DNA of 64,000 bases from Podarcis liolepis (taxonomy: Eukaryota): the NCBI GenBank assembly GCA_965112155.1, contig OZ218104.1; one strand, given 5' to 3'. The position numbers were made by a program, and so were the translations under genes. Shown piece by piece: positions 45,437 to 59,285 of the stretch (position 1 is the first letter of the stretch; the number at the start of each line of letters is the position of its first letter). The notes under the pieces are model-generated. The model saw only the letters and a list, made by a program, of their open reading frames with translations, did not search any database and was not told the origin of the DNA.

Positions 45437-48400
45437 CTCTAATCTTACTAATGAGAGGACAACCAGAGAGTTTAAAATGAAGACATCTCAGCCCATGTTC
45501 TTAGCTATTATGCTGATAAAAACCTATGGTCAATTACAATATCTTGGAATTGCTCTCATTGTATACTGACATTATTTTAGAAATTTCAGAAACCACCTGG
45601 GGCATTTTTTGGCTGGGAGAAGCTCCCATTATCCTCAGTGGTATGTTGTCTTCCTGTTCTGAATTGGGACAGCAGTAGGGGGCAAAGAGTTAAAGCCATA
45701 CACCAGAGCCTCAATCTGGATCCCCACTCCACAACTGCTGTTTGTGAAAGTAAAAATCTTGCATTAGTGCTGCTCCATCATAAACATCCAAGCAACTTTG
45801 ACTTTTCTTTGTGTAGAGAAGGCCTGTTTGATGACACTGATATGGGTCCTTAGCAGAGCATGCTTTCCCCCTACGCAGTTGCTGTTTAAGCAGTTCAGCT
45901 GGCTGTCATGCGGTCACAGTGCTTGTGCAAGAAAACTGCCTGAGCCACTTGTAAGGGTTACGAAACCTTTAATGAGTGTGTGTATTTGGATAAGAAAATA
46001 AATACTTTGCAGTTCTTGAGCTGGTGAATTGTTTGCTCTGCTGTTTTAATAGCAGTCATCAGGTTTCTCTGGAAGGACCCACCCTGCAAACTTTTGAGGA
46101 AGTAACTCAGGCACAACTGGGGCATGCCATGCCATTGGTTGATTCTACAGTATTTGTGTTCTACCTTTTTCAAAGCAGTGGTTGTTTCTCTCAGAGTCTA
46201 GCATACCCTCTCCATGTTAAAGAAAATTCTTCCTGTTGACTCAACAGTGTTGAGAATTCTCAAGGCTTTCCACAAAAAGGCCCCCCCCCCCGAGAAATAC
46301 AAATCCCCCTTCCTCTTGTGGTGAAGCAACTCCTGGCTGCCATTCCCCATCTTTTGTTTATCTCCCTTACTCCCTTTGTGCTTATTTTCCTTGGGAATTG
46401 AGAGAGGAAGAAGCTGGGTAAATTAGCTATTAAGACAAGTGTCCACATGTCAGACATTCCCAGTTCAAGCTCCAGAGTTCCTTACACTTTGGATGCTATG
46501 TTTGTTCAAAAAATTTAAATGGCAACCTCAAGGGGTAGAAAGGGAACCAGATTAGAATCAGAAGCATGATATGTGGTGACAGTAGCTAATCCTTCATTCC
46601 TCCTTCACTATAGTACCAGTGACATCTCCCTCAAAGCTTCAGTTCATGTCAGGAGGGATACTTCTGTTAGCCCCAATGGAGACCTCTTCTAGGGACTTTA
46701 GCAGCTTCAGGGAAGCAATTTTCATTAGGGACCATGGCATAGGACAGAAGGTTTAACAACCCAGTGGAAAATTCCAGTGGAAGTGGAAGTGAAAATAACG
46801 AACGTTTGTTAATTTGTCTCATGTTCAGAATAGAAATGAGTTTGGCAAATATTATCAGTATTCACTGTTGTTTCCAGTCCGCAAACAATACATGATTGAT
46901 GACATTTTGCCCCCTCTCATTTGCATTGAACTGATTGGCATTTGCATTGAGTTGAATTGTGTGGAAAAGCATAATAACATAATTTCGTAAAATTCAGTTA
47001 CATCAGTCAGCGATACGAATAACGTTTTTGTCGGAGGCTGAACTGCAGCAGAACAGAAATAGTGCAGCATGCAGAAAACATAGGTTGGAATAGAAATCAG
47101 TGCCTCACCCCTAGGCATGGCCTCAATCTCTCACCCCCAACATGGTTTCTATTTGATATGTAAATACCAGATACATGAAAGGCATTACATATCTTGTGTA
47201 TGACCTAACTTGGCCCCTTGTTCTCTCTGAGACGGCTTCTTCCCCAGTGTCCCTTAAATCCTTCAGCTCTATAAAAAGCTTAATGATGCTACCCTTGCTG
47301 CAAGCATGCGCAAGGCAATTTCTGCTCCTTAATTATGTGGTTTCTTTCCCTTATATGTTTGCCAAAGCTTGGGCATTTTTAAGAAGCACAATGAGATGTC
47401 TGCTTTGGCTGACATTTGGTGACTAGGCAAAGCATTTAGAGGATTTATTTAATATATATGATGAGGAGGGAGACAAATGCAAATAAACAAAATGTAAGTA
47501 CAGCTTGAATGTTTAATGGAAGGCAGCTGGCAAGAAAACATAATTAGGAATATTCAGCTTTGCCCATCTGTTTTCAGGATTCAAAGACTTTTCCCACCAT
47601 TTCCTCCCTCCCATTCCATCTCAAAGCTGGCAGGAATACTGTGTCACCTATTTTAATTATGCTGCAGTGAATTTTTATGGTGCTTGACAGATTAATCAGC
47701 ACACCAGACCAATACCAAACTCAGTAAGAATCTAAACTGTGATTTGCTTCAAATTAAATGTTAAAAACACACACACATGCTTGAGAACCTGTCTAAGAGA
47801 TCTCCAGGGATCTGTTGAAATAAACCCAATAAAGTTGGCCGCCAGCCCCCTTGATCCTGTTTATTTTTGTTGTCTTTTAGGTGAACTTTGAGGAAAGCCT
47901 CAGTTGTTAAATCCACATTTTGTAAGACCAATCCAAACATAATTTTAATTTTTCTTTAAGGCTGCCAGTACTTCCAATTTGCTATGGAAAATGTATCACA
48001 GAAACATTTGCTTTATGGACCTCATGCCCTTGTTATTATGACACCTGTCCTTTCTCAGCCAGTGGTATTGGGTGCTCAGCCCCTTTGTTCCAAAATGAAG
48101 TCCAGCTGTGTGCTAAACACAGAATGAATTTTGGAACACAAGACTTTGCAATGCAGGATGTAATGAGGAACAAAATATTTAAAACACCCATGCTTTTCAC
48201 CCCAAACCTCATACTATTCTCAGGATTCATTCATGCCAGTATACACAAAGATGCCAGACTGTTCAGTGACCGGTTGTGGTGTTAGTAGCAAGCATCTTAA
48301 TTGCTGAGAACTCTTCTGATGGCAGATTTTCTTATAGGTCCAGTAATAATAATGTGTAATATTTTTGGAGCATATTAGTATATTCAGAATGCTTTACCTG

Positions 48401-49553
48401 CAGTGGCCCATTTCACACGTAATGATGAGCCATGTTTTAGTGCTACATGGGTGACCATTAGAACAACAACTGAAAAAAGGCAGAACATGCAGAAAACGCT
48501 TGAATCACCATCTGATTTTCCTGATGTGAGCAAAGAAAGGATAGCCATTTTTAGTTTGGAAGCATTTGATATTTTAAATAGGATGAAAGGCTGACCATTG
48601 AGACCATTACTGGGCAAGAAACCAGGTAGGAGATTGGAATGTCAGATAAAGGCTGCACAGTATTTGTAACTAACTTGAACAGATATGAAATTTACAAAGT
48701 ACCCACTGAAGAACCACAAACGTGACATCCAACTGGCTAGTAGATTTTTCCTGCTTTGCATCTGAGTACAGACATCTAGAGTGAGATGAGCGCACAACCC
48801 TAGAGTCTGTCAAGACTGGCCCGTACGGGCAGGGGGTACAGACACTGTGGCTGTGTTATAGAAAGAAGAAATGAAATCCAGAGTTGATATACAGATATTG
48901 TAAATCTGCCATACAGTTTGATGAAGAATATTAGGATAGGAAAGAGCTACATCAGGAACATGCAAGGAAAAAAGAAAGAGGTAAAATGAGGGTCAAAACA
49001 TTTTAAAATAAGAGGAAGTGTATATGAAAGCCTAACCCAATTCTGTGGCCATTGAACTCCTAGGGAAATATAAAACCATTAGGGTTTCAAACAAAAGCAC
49101 AATAAGCACATCTCAGATTTAGAGGGAATTATCAGTGTTTATTTAGAAAGAAAAAAATATAACATGAAAAGATCATGGGAGAAAAATAGTCGTCTTTGAT
49201 GTGCAATAATTAATTCCTTAACTGATGTGATAGCTTTATTGTGTTCTTTACCTTCTCCCTATTGTTGAGTTTAAGCTTAATTCACTTAAGTAAATTGATA
49301 ACCTTTCGTTTAATGGCACAGTAGCAGCTAAGAACATAGCATGTGAATCAAGGAGTTGCTTTAAGGGTCAGGGCAATATGACCTGGTTATAAATTAATCT
49401 TGCAGAGGCCTATTTTCCCAGTCTAGTCATCTCACAGAGGCTAGCTGTCTATTTTAAAGTGTCCTTAATCCCTGGAACTTTATATATAAGGCTCTGATCA
49501 ATGGAGTGAAAACAGGTGACAATTGTATTAAAATGAAATCCATGAGCATGGTA

Positions 49554-49779
49554 CAGTGGTACCTCTGGTTACGTACTTAATTTGTTCCGGAGGTCCATTC
49601 TTAACCTGAAACTGTTCTTAACCTGAAGCACCACTTTAGCTAACGGGGCCTCCCACTGCTGTCGCGCCGCTGTCACACAATTTCTGTTCTCATCCTGAAG
49701 CAAAGTTCTTAACCCGAGGTACTATTTCTGGGTTAGCAAAGTCTGTAACCTGAAGTATATGTAACCCGAGGTACCACTG
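49554..49779 (-). mobile_element. Family A MITE, full copy
   Basis: TA|CAGTGGTACCTC ... GAGGTACCACTG|TA. Confidence 0.88.
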
Positions 49780-50449
49780 TAATAATAAGAAGCATTTCTG
49801 GACTACTTTTTTTTAATGAGATTGCACTAAACACAAGAAATGTTTGGTACATCAGTTACAGAATTAATAAGATCAATCAACTTCAGGGCTGGGATACCAT
49901 CCACAGTTTTATCCTATTGCAATGTAAATTATCCCTTTTCCTTCTCCACCTAAAGTTATGTCTGCCTTAAACATTGTGACAAGAGCTGCCCAAAGTGGTT
50001 ACAAAAAAACCTCAGCAGTTAGAAAATCTTGAAATCAGATTTTCTATTGCCTGGTATCCAAAAAACTCACCTATCGAACAGTGTCAGGTAGGAGCAGCCA
50101 GGCTGGTTCATTTTGCAGAAGAGTACCTGCACATTTTGCTTCATAACTTCCTTTCTAGGAGGGCTAGACAGTTGAGTTTTTAAAAAAGTCAGTCTGGGGC
50201 TCTTGCCCAGGCCTTGGAGGTTGCCTCGGTATGTGTATCCACTTAAAAGTACCTGTAAAACACTTATATGTAGAAGCTTTACATTTTCAATTTTTCAGCA
50301 GTATCCTGCCCCCATTCTCCCTCTGAAAACTGCCTTCAAAGGTTGAGCTCCAAAGTGATACTTCATGAGACATTCAGAGTTGCCATTGGAAAAGGAAACT
50401 GCAGACATACTCTTGTAGAAATATTTTTTTCCACACACACATGCATGTA

Positions 50450-50680
50450 CAGTGGTACCTCGGGTTACATACGCTTCAGGTTACAGATGCTTCAGGTTAC
50501 AGACTCCGCTAACCGAGAAATGGTACCTCGGGTTAAGAACTTTGCTTCAGGATGAGAACAGAAATTGTGCTGTGGCAGTGGGAGGCCCCATTAGCGAAAG
50601 TGGTGCCTCAGATTAAGAACAGTTTCAGGTTAAGAACAGACCTCCAGAACGAATTAAGTTCTTAACCCGAGGTACCACTG
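50450..50680 (+). mobile_element. Family A MITE, full copy
   Basis: TA|CAGTGGTACCTCGGGTTA ... TAACCCGAGGTACCACTG|TA. Confidence 0.9.
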
Positions 50681-52079
50681 TACTGGCCTCCAGATATTAT
50701 GCTTTGAGTTGGGATAGCTCAGAACTTCAAGAATACTTTGAAAAGGGCTTTGGCACTTTAAAAATTATTATACCCCCCCCCCAAAAAAAAACCCTATTGC
50801 AACATCTTGAAAATGAGAGTGGGTGTGGGTATGGCTATTTAAAAGTTAGGATAGAATCTCAACCAATAATCTACTCCAGTGCCATGGGAGTAAAGCACAC
50901 CTTATGTAGTTTCATAACTGCCCTTGGGTGGTGCTGTGTAGTTTTGGGCTCTTCAGGCCTGAACAGATGGTAGTGTTATGAGCACATCATTACCAGTGGT
51001 GTTAGATGTTTGCTCTGTTGTGTTTCCATTCAAAAACTCCTCTGTAAAAGTCAGTCATTAAAAAGCACTTTAGGCTAAAATTTGATAGGCAGGCACCTTG
51101 TGGTATTAGCCATTTTTTCCACCCATTGGGGAAATCTTGTAATCGTTTGAGCAGACTTTACTGTGGATGGTATTTGTATTGGAAATAGTCCTTTTCTGCT
51201 ATATGTTCTTGCAGGAGATCTTTGACCTTGGAGCTGTTAATACACAGGCACAGACTACAGGCCCCCAGCCATAGTCATTTGGTTTTCAAGGTAGCTGTGT
51301 TTTTTTGCCAGACTCTGCACCTACCAAGGGAAGGGGGTAAGGTCCTGGAATCCAGGCAAGGCTGGGTGCAGTGAGGCAGAGGCAAAGAAGAAGCAAGACA
51401 GATCTGTGGCAAGGAGCAGCGGAAGAGTTCTTTCATTGTCTGGAGCACAGGTGGGAACCTTACTCAGCCCAAGGACTTCATTCCCACATGGGCAACCTTC
51501 CAAAGGAGGCCACATGCCTGTATTGTCCAGGGCAAAAGTGGGCAGAGCAATGGATGTGACTCTTTCCTTTGTACAGTAGGCTACATTCTAGCCATGCAAA
51601 AGCCAGGGGTTTATATGCACTCACATAAACACTTCTCCATTAAGGCAGGCAAGAGATGTTTCAGTCAGGCAAAAGCACTCGAGGGCATGGAGCAGGACTG
51701 GTAAGGGGTGGGACATAGCCAGGGGAGAGTCACAAGGGCTACATTGACCCCTGGGCCCAACCTTCCTCATCCCTGGTCTGACCTGGACAAGGTAGGCATA
51801 GCAGATCTGTTCTCCTGATAACAGATTTATTTGAGTGAAATTGTTACTTTAACCAACATCCATTGGGGAGGTTGCAACAAACAACTTGTTTCCTAAGTTA
51901 TTTGTAACTTCTCATTGTTTTGCACTTCATAGTTATAGAAGGCAACTCTGGTTCAGAACTGTGTGCACTGTTGACTGCATGCTTCTGTTTTATAGGGCAA
52001 GGGACCCTTCTCAGATTATAACAATGTAGAAAGAGAGAATCTTACAAACAATTGTGTGTGAATGAGTTGTTTGCCAGTA

Positions 52080-52324
52080 CAGTGGTACCTTGGGATGTGA
52101 ATGGGATCTGTTCCGGAACCCCGTTCGCATCCTGAATGGAACGTAAGATGCGATGGCGCGTCTGCGCGGGTCGCATTCTGTGCATGCACGTGACGTCATT
52201 TTGAGCGTCTGCGCATGCGCGAGCGGCGAAACCCGGAAGTAACGCGCTCCGTTACTTCCGGGTTGCCATGAAACGCAACCTGAAAGCGCTTAACCTGAAG
52301 CACATTCAACCCGAGGTATGACTG
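52080..52324. mobile_element. Tigger/pogo-like MITE with family A-type ends and a different, CpG-rich interior
   Basis: TA|CAGTGGTACCTTGGG ... CCCGAGGTATGACTG|TA. Confidence 0.8.
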
Positions 52325-52629
52325 TACTCCTTTGCTTGTACTTCTGACCTAGCCAAGATGATCTTTTAGTCTTTGGCAACAAATGGTAATCGTTTGAAGA
52401 TAAGACACTTCTGATTAAACAGATTAGTATTTAAGGCAGCCATTTAAAGCAGCCATTAGTATTTAAAGCAGTATTTAAAGTACTTCCCATGATTCCTGTT
52501 TGTAGGGTGTTTAGTCTTCTATTTTTAGATCATAATCATCTAACAATTTAGATTTGGGTGGGTTGGCAACTTCATGCTTGAAGGAAACAGAGTTCTGTAC
52601 CCATTTCATTCCAGCTTCAGGCCTGGATA

Positions 52630-53000
52630 TTTGGATGGAAACTGCATTGATCACCCTGAGCAGTGACCTGTTTGGGGAGAAGGACAGGAGGAGTGTGACT
52701 CTGTTAATTCTCCTTGACTGCAGCACAGCTTTTGATACCATTGACCATGGTATCCTTGTGGACTATCACATGATTTTGGGAGTTAGAGATAGCGCATTGC
52801 TATGGTTCTTCTTTATTGAAGTCTGGCTCCAGAGACTATAATTGGGTTGCTACTGCTTGGCCCCATAGGAATTATTTTGTGGGATTCTGCAGGCTCCAGT
52901 CTTGTAACCCATTTTGTTTAATACCTTTTGAAGTTATTGGGAGCTGTCATTGGGGGATTTGGAGTGAAGTGCCATCAATATGCTGATGACACCCACCCCT
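52630..53000 (+). mobile_element. Degraded L2-type LINE reverse-transcriptase fragment
   Basis: ETALITL..DL...LILLDCSTAFDTIDHGIL, then GILQAPVL and HQYADDT motifs. Confidence 0.8.
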
Positions 53001-53148
53001 GATAAGTTATGTTTATTACTAGAGAGTAGAAATGAAGTAGGGTTTTTTAAAAAAACAACAATCACCCAGATATAATTATTTCCTGGATTACATCTATGCT
53101 GTTGGATTCTTATTTAAAATTGTTATAATTTTATTTCTCTTTGCTCAG

Positions 53149-53843
53149 ATGCAAGCTGGACTAGAGGCACTTGCCAGCCAGGGAAGGCTCTCCAGGGAGG
53201 CCATTTGAGGTCACTGGATGGTGTTCACCTCCAGCTGCTGGAAGGATTTCACTCTGTCCAATCTTGTCAAGCTACTTGCTGTCAGAGCCCTACCTGTGAT
53301 GCCTTTTGGCTCAAGGGAAAGATGTGCATCCAGGTGATCTGTATCAAGCCTCATTGGTGTCAGGCAATCTGGACCAACACCACTGACTCGATCTTGGTGT
53401 TTGTAAAGAGATCTGAGCATACGATAAATGCCCAACCTGCAGCAGAGAGGAGAGGTTATCTTCCTAAGTGGCTGGACTGGAGGGAAGGACATCAAAGTAA
53501 AACAAGGATGAGAAGGTCCTTCAAAGAGTTGCTGGCTTACAGAGCACACTTGGCAGACATCAGGGGACGCTCTCTTAAGAGGGACACAGGCTCCAACAGC
53601 GGAGGTCCTGTAGCCCATCCTGCTCCATCTCAGCCCTTGGATAGTAAATCCACCCATAATGATCTGACGGAAGCTCCTTCTTCACATCAAGAAACAAACC
53701 TTCCCAGAAACCACATTGATCCAGAAAAAAACCTGCTGCCAAACAGTGAAGACTTGAGAACAACCAAATTCAAAAGCTCCTCTCCCCCCAGCAGCAATAA
53801 TGTGAACAGACCAAGTGACCTTGCTGGGAGTGGCCTCATGAGG
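53149..53843 (+). CDS. KIAA0319L: KIAA0319L coding exon 2: MANEC/MANSC cysteine domain plus linker
   Basis: ctcag|AT GCA ... ATG AGG|gtaagt, 695 nt, phase 1 to 0; HLQLLEG..SVQSCQATCCQSPTCDAFW....CIQV.C..P..CQA pattern. Confidence 0.93.
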
Positions 53844-56800
53844 GTAAGTGCAAGATAATATTGTTAATGTCAACACTAATCCAAATTCTGTTGTATAAAT
53901 GCTTTATAATCCTTTTTTATTGCACAATAGCAGCAACATACTGGACATTGTTTGGAAATTCTAAGAAATAAAAAAAATCAAAATAGTTTTGAAAACGGTG
54001 GTTAGAATCAGTGCAGTTTTAAAAGGTTCAGTCCACTGCCTTGATGAGAAATGGTACCCAAAGGTTCACTCTTGCATTTGTGGATTAATGAACTGATAGG
54101 TCTGACTTGCTTGAAAGCCCACTACTGATGAGGAACCTCAAGCCCAGAGACTGAATGCAGCCTTCCAGGCCTCTCTGTACAGCCCTTGGGACTCTCCTCA
54201 AGTCACACTCCTCACTGGCTTTGCTCCATGCTCTTCTCAGACAATTTTGTCTGGCTGAAATATGTCCATGAATTGTGATGATGGAGAGATATGTCTGTCA
54301 AGTAAAAAAATGAAGTTGGAAGATGCCCCCCACCCAGCTTTTTCTTTAAGAAAGTCTGGAAGGGAAGAGAGCTTGTCAGCTGGGATGCCTCTGCTTGAAG
54401 GTACCTCAGACAGAGGGAAAGTCTGGCAGAGGAGGTCCACTGCCTTGGACACTCCTGATTGAAGGTAACTCACGTGCCTTTTCAAAGAGGAGTGCTGGGG
54501 GGGGGGAGGACCATTACAGTTTAGACACAACTGCTGAAAGTCTAACCTCCCACACACTGGGTTTTCTGGTGGAGAGCATTCCAGCTTGGGCACCATTAGG
54601 CAAAGCTGCTTGGATCACTTTTTCCTAGAGATCACCCCTCTGCCTGCACTGACCTTTCCTGTTCTGGAGCACAAAAGGCTACTAGTGCTGATTTAGCCTT
54701 GCATAGCCCAGGCTTTCCAGGCACCTTGGCCACAGAGCTGCCAAACATCTCCCAGTCTTCCCCATTCATAGTTAGAAATAAAACTGGTTGCTTATAACTT
54801 CATGGCAAGTGCAACAAACAGAATGGTTGAACTCAGCATATGTGTGGGGTGTGTACCAAGTGTACTTTTTTACTCGCATCCAGGTAAGGGTGCAACAGAG
54901 AGTCTACCACAGCAGACAACTCAGTGACATAACTCTTATCAGTGGCGTCTATCTCATTTTTAGAAATCTCTTGCTCAACTTAGTATGTTTTCAGTAGATT
55001 GTGGTTCTTAAAAGCTGTTATTCTCATGTACCTGGTTGCAGATTTTGCAGTCCCAGGTTACATTGCAGCTGTGATATGAGAACTGCCAACCTGGTGGAAC
55101 AGGATTTGGCTCAGAGCCAAAGGACACGCCTAGGAAACCTGGAGCTATCCTAGTTAGCATGCAAAACAACCGCATGGTTTAACTTTGCCTTGCTGACTCA
55201 GCTGTCCCTCAGCCCTTGACTTCTTAACAGTCACTTAGGAACTGCTGTTTGGCTCCTCTGTCTCAGCAATACATCAATAATGATGCTTCCCTAAAACCGT
55301 AACCATCTGGCCTTTCACAAGAGACTGTCACTCAGGAAGTGATCCAGTGTGGTAGAGACTGCACAGCAATCCCTCTGCTAAGATTGATTCTTGCTTGCCC
55401 TAAGTGATAAATAGTAATGTGTCCCTAATTTCCCTGCTGATTTCAACAACAGGGTGTTGAGCTCTGAGCTATCAGATTCTCTTCTAATGCTCCAGCTGAG
55501 CAGAGAATGTAAAATTAAAGCTGTAAAAATAAATTCTCTGAAATCTGATGTTTTGCTGCAATTCCAGGCCACTTCCCTAGGGTTACCCATTTGTGATTTC
55601 TCTCATGGTGAACTTAAATTTTTTGATTTCCAAGTTGTGGAAAGCAGGTTTTGCAATAACTGAAGGTCCCCACAGGACAAAAATTTTCATAAGAAAAAAG
55701 AGAACATAATTTGCACAACAGCCATCTTAAAATCACAGCCCCGAGTAGTCCTACAACCCACGTCCTCCTACAAGATCTAAGTGTAGTTATGTACATTTAA
55801 AGATTGATGCACGCTGCCTATTTTGCTTCTTATAGTAATTTAAAAGGGGGACTTGCCAGGCAGTGTTGCTGTGTATCTCCACCCTCTCAGGCATACTCCT
55901 GTTCAGGGCTCCAGTCAACCAGAAGCAGGAGCCTTGCAGTGCTTTTCAGGGTTGCAGGGAGATATTCAGGAGTGGGAAAGGGATAGGATACACACACTGC
56001 TGCCCAGCAACCTCCTGCATTGCTATAGAACTCCTAGTCCCAACCTGTCGTTCTCCCTTGGAAGTGGCATTTTTAAAGAACATTTTGCTTCTTATAGCAG
56101 TATTGTAGTTGATTGATAAATAGTGGATTTAAGACATATTCTCATAGGATCAAATAATGTTCTGAGGGAAATGAAGTGAGAAAATGTTAACTTGAATATG
56201 GCGTACCCTGGCTGTTGTCTAAGGCAAGCAAGGGGAAAATACCACATCTTATTCTTAGCACTACATTGCATTAAACATAAACTGTATCAGTGTACCTCCA
56301 CATAATGAGACTGGGGCTGTGGAAGAAAGGGAAGTCATGCTGTGTGTGAGATGCAATAATGATAGGGCAGGAATTATTAATTACTGGGGATGTCTAACGA
56401 TGCCAGAGAATTCCAAAGAAAGCAGAAAAAGGAGCAGGAATTATCAGCATTCACTTTTTTGTCCCATGTCTGGGACAAAATTATATGATTATAATTGGTA
56501 TTCACTGTTGTTTTCAGTCGGCAACAGATACATAACTGATTATGCTCCTGCCACCCAGTTTGCATTGTGTTCCCTTTGCATTTAAATGAATGGGATGGAA
56601 TAATATAATGGCAACCTAAATTATGTAATTATTTAAATACTTTACATAAGTTATGTCATTTCACCTCAGTGAAAGACAAATAATGAAATTTTTGGTGGAA
56701 GACAAACTGCAGCAGAATAAAAACAGTACTGTATGCAACAAATACAGGGCAGAACAGAAACCAGTGTCACGTAATGTCCATAATGATGTTGCACACACTT

Positions 56801-59285
56801 GTCTGTGGACCTGTCTGTGACATTCATGTATCTATTATCCAAACTGTTGTAACAAACACACTTGGTGAGGGAGAAGGTATTTCATTTTGCCAATACCAAC
56901 ACACTGCATTTTCCCTACAACAGAAGCATTATGTTGGGGGAAGATAGTCTCACATTTACTGCTCATATTAAAAATGTTTGAAAACCCCTCAGGAAGACAA
57001 ATTGGCATATGCTCATGAGAGTGAGTGAGAGTCTGTCACGTGCCAAGTTGCAGCCTGGCTCCATTGCCTAATTAGTGCCTTTGTCTTCAAGCGCAATGCT
57101 GTGTATTTGAGTCAGACAACAGTGATTGACTAGTCAAGAGAAGTATTCAAGTACAGCACTGTCGATTAAGGGGTCTGCTGCTGCATCACTGTGGTATGCT
57201 TGCAGAAGCAACCCCTATAAATAATGCGCTTTTTTCAAATGAAACTCTTACAAGGTTAGTGTTTCTTGACTTCCACTTCGACTGTGGTGTAGCTGAAGTG
57301 TCTTTATCCTTGGCCAGTGTTTGCTTGCCTTGGTCACTGATCATATTCGCTGCACTTGCAAATTTAGGTCCTGTGACTTCTGCAGAGTGATCAGAGTTCA
57401 ACATTGTTCTAAATATATTAGAATGTGACCCCCTGCCCCTAAACACATAGGGATTGACACAGAAGGCTGTTCATCAGCAGAATATGTGGAGGAACCAAGA
57501 GGGAAGAAACCAGAATTTGCTAGAAACAAACCTTTGAATTTTGAGAACTGTTTCATAACAGTTACTTATGAAAAGGTTGCACATATTAAAAATGTATGTG
57601 CCTGTGTCTATTTCTAGACTATTGATGGGCAAACTGCGCTCCCTGTCTTGAATTGGCTCAGTGCAAGCTTTCTTGGTGATTGTCCTGAAACAGATGTCTG
57701 TTTTAAGAGAGTTCCAGATAGTTAGCACATGTGCAGTGATGGTGCTGTGCAATGTGCACACAGTTGTATATTACATCCTGAGAAATGTAGTTTGATCTCT
57801 CTTGCTGTGAACTCCAGCCCATTGAACACCAGCTATTGTGGAAAGGCTTCTCAATCTCCCACTAAAAACAAACAAACAACCATGCAGGAGACGAGAGGGT
57901 CTGAATGAGGAGGCAACCACCACATAAAATCTTTGCAAGAAATAATTGAGATAATTGATTTACACAATTGGAGAAGTTGCTTGCCAACATGAGCCTGCTT
58001 GTTGATTTGATGATTTGATCACATAGTTCACAACAGTAAATGAGAGTTCATTGCATATGAGGCTGCAGTGTTGAAAGAACTTCTTTTCATATGCCTTCAA
58101 CGCAACTGGCTTTGTAGTTTTGCAACAATCAACAAGAGTTTCATTGAGAGTCATGGGTTAACATTAAATTAAGTTTGTGTACTTTGTGGTTTGGGGCACT
58201 TGGCCTCCGGGCTGTACACCTTCAGAATCTCATTTAACATTCCATACCAGAGAATAGCTTCTTGAGGAAACAAGGCTTGTTCCAAAATGATATGAACATT
58301 ACCAGCCTATCAAATTCATATACTAAACCAGATAACTAGTGCTGTCACCAACATTTCATAATCCAGATTGACTCAGTCCAATAGTCTCCAGTGGTCTCTC
58401 TCTCCATCTATGAATTGAATGTGTGTTTTGATCATCCCTTTAAATTCAGCTGGTACCACATCTTGAACAGAACAGCACCGCAACCCAAAATTATTTCATA
58501 ACTGGGGCCCTGAGCCCAGAGTTCAAATCCAGAGCTTTATGTGCTGATACTCACCTTCCCAAATTACATAACGTGCATGATAACAGAAGTCATGAATTTC
58601 TCGCCCTTAGCTTGACCTTTTAAGTATTGCCATTTGACTGCGCCACAAGAAAGAGTGCTGTGATATTTTTGTTTGTTATGAAAATCAAGTCCAGGTTGTT
58701 GATATTTCTGTGTGCTGTGATTTAAATGTTCATCTTATGCTATACAAAGATCAACTCAGGAAAATATGTAGCATATACAGATAAGCCCAGTTAAAGCTGA
58801 AATGTCTGGTTCTGGCTGCCTCAGGCTACCCACCGGAATGAGGAGGGCCTGGGGAAGGAATTTTCTTATGAAAGAAAGGAAATTGTTTTCGTCTGTTCCC
58901 TTGTCTTGTTTACACTGGTCTGATTAGTCTCTCACGGCACTCAAAAGTGGGAGAATTTTATAAGTGAGCAAAATGGGCTTGTCACCCAAGTTCTTGACCA
59001 TAAAGCCAGAAATTCTGTTTGCACAATGTGCTCCTTTTGAACAGCATCTGAAATCCAGTTCTCTCATGTTGCAGAGGCTGTTACATCTGCATAATCCCAT
59101 CTTTTTTTGCTATTCACGTCTATTATTGTTATGTGCACCCTTCACCAGCAAGTCCCAAGGCAGGTTACAACAATTTAAAACACACCTCTCAGGCACACAA
59201 AGGGCCAGGATAAAGCGTTAGCTGAAATCTGTATAGTGAAGGTGTGACATGCACCTCTGCAGGGAAGGAATTTTACAATTTAGAG

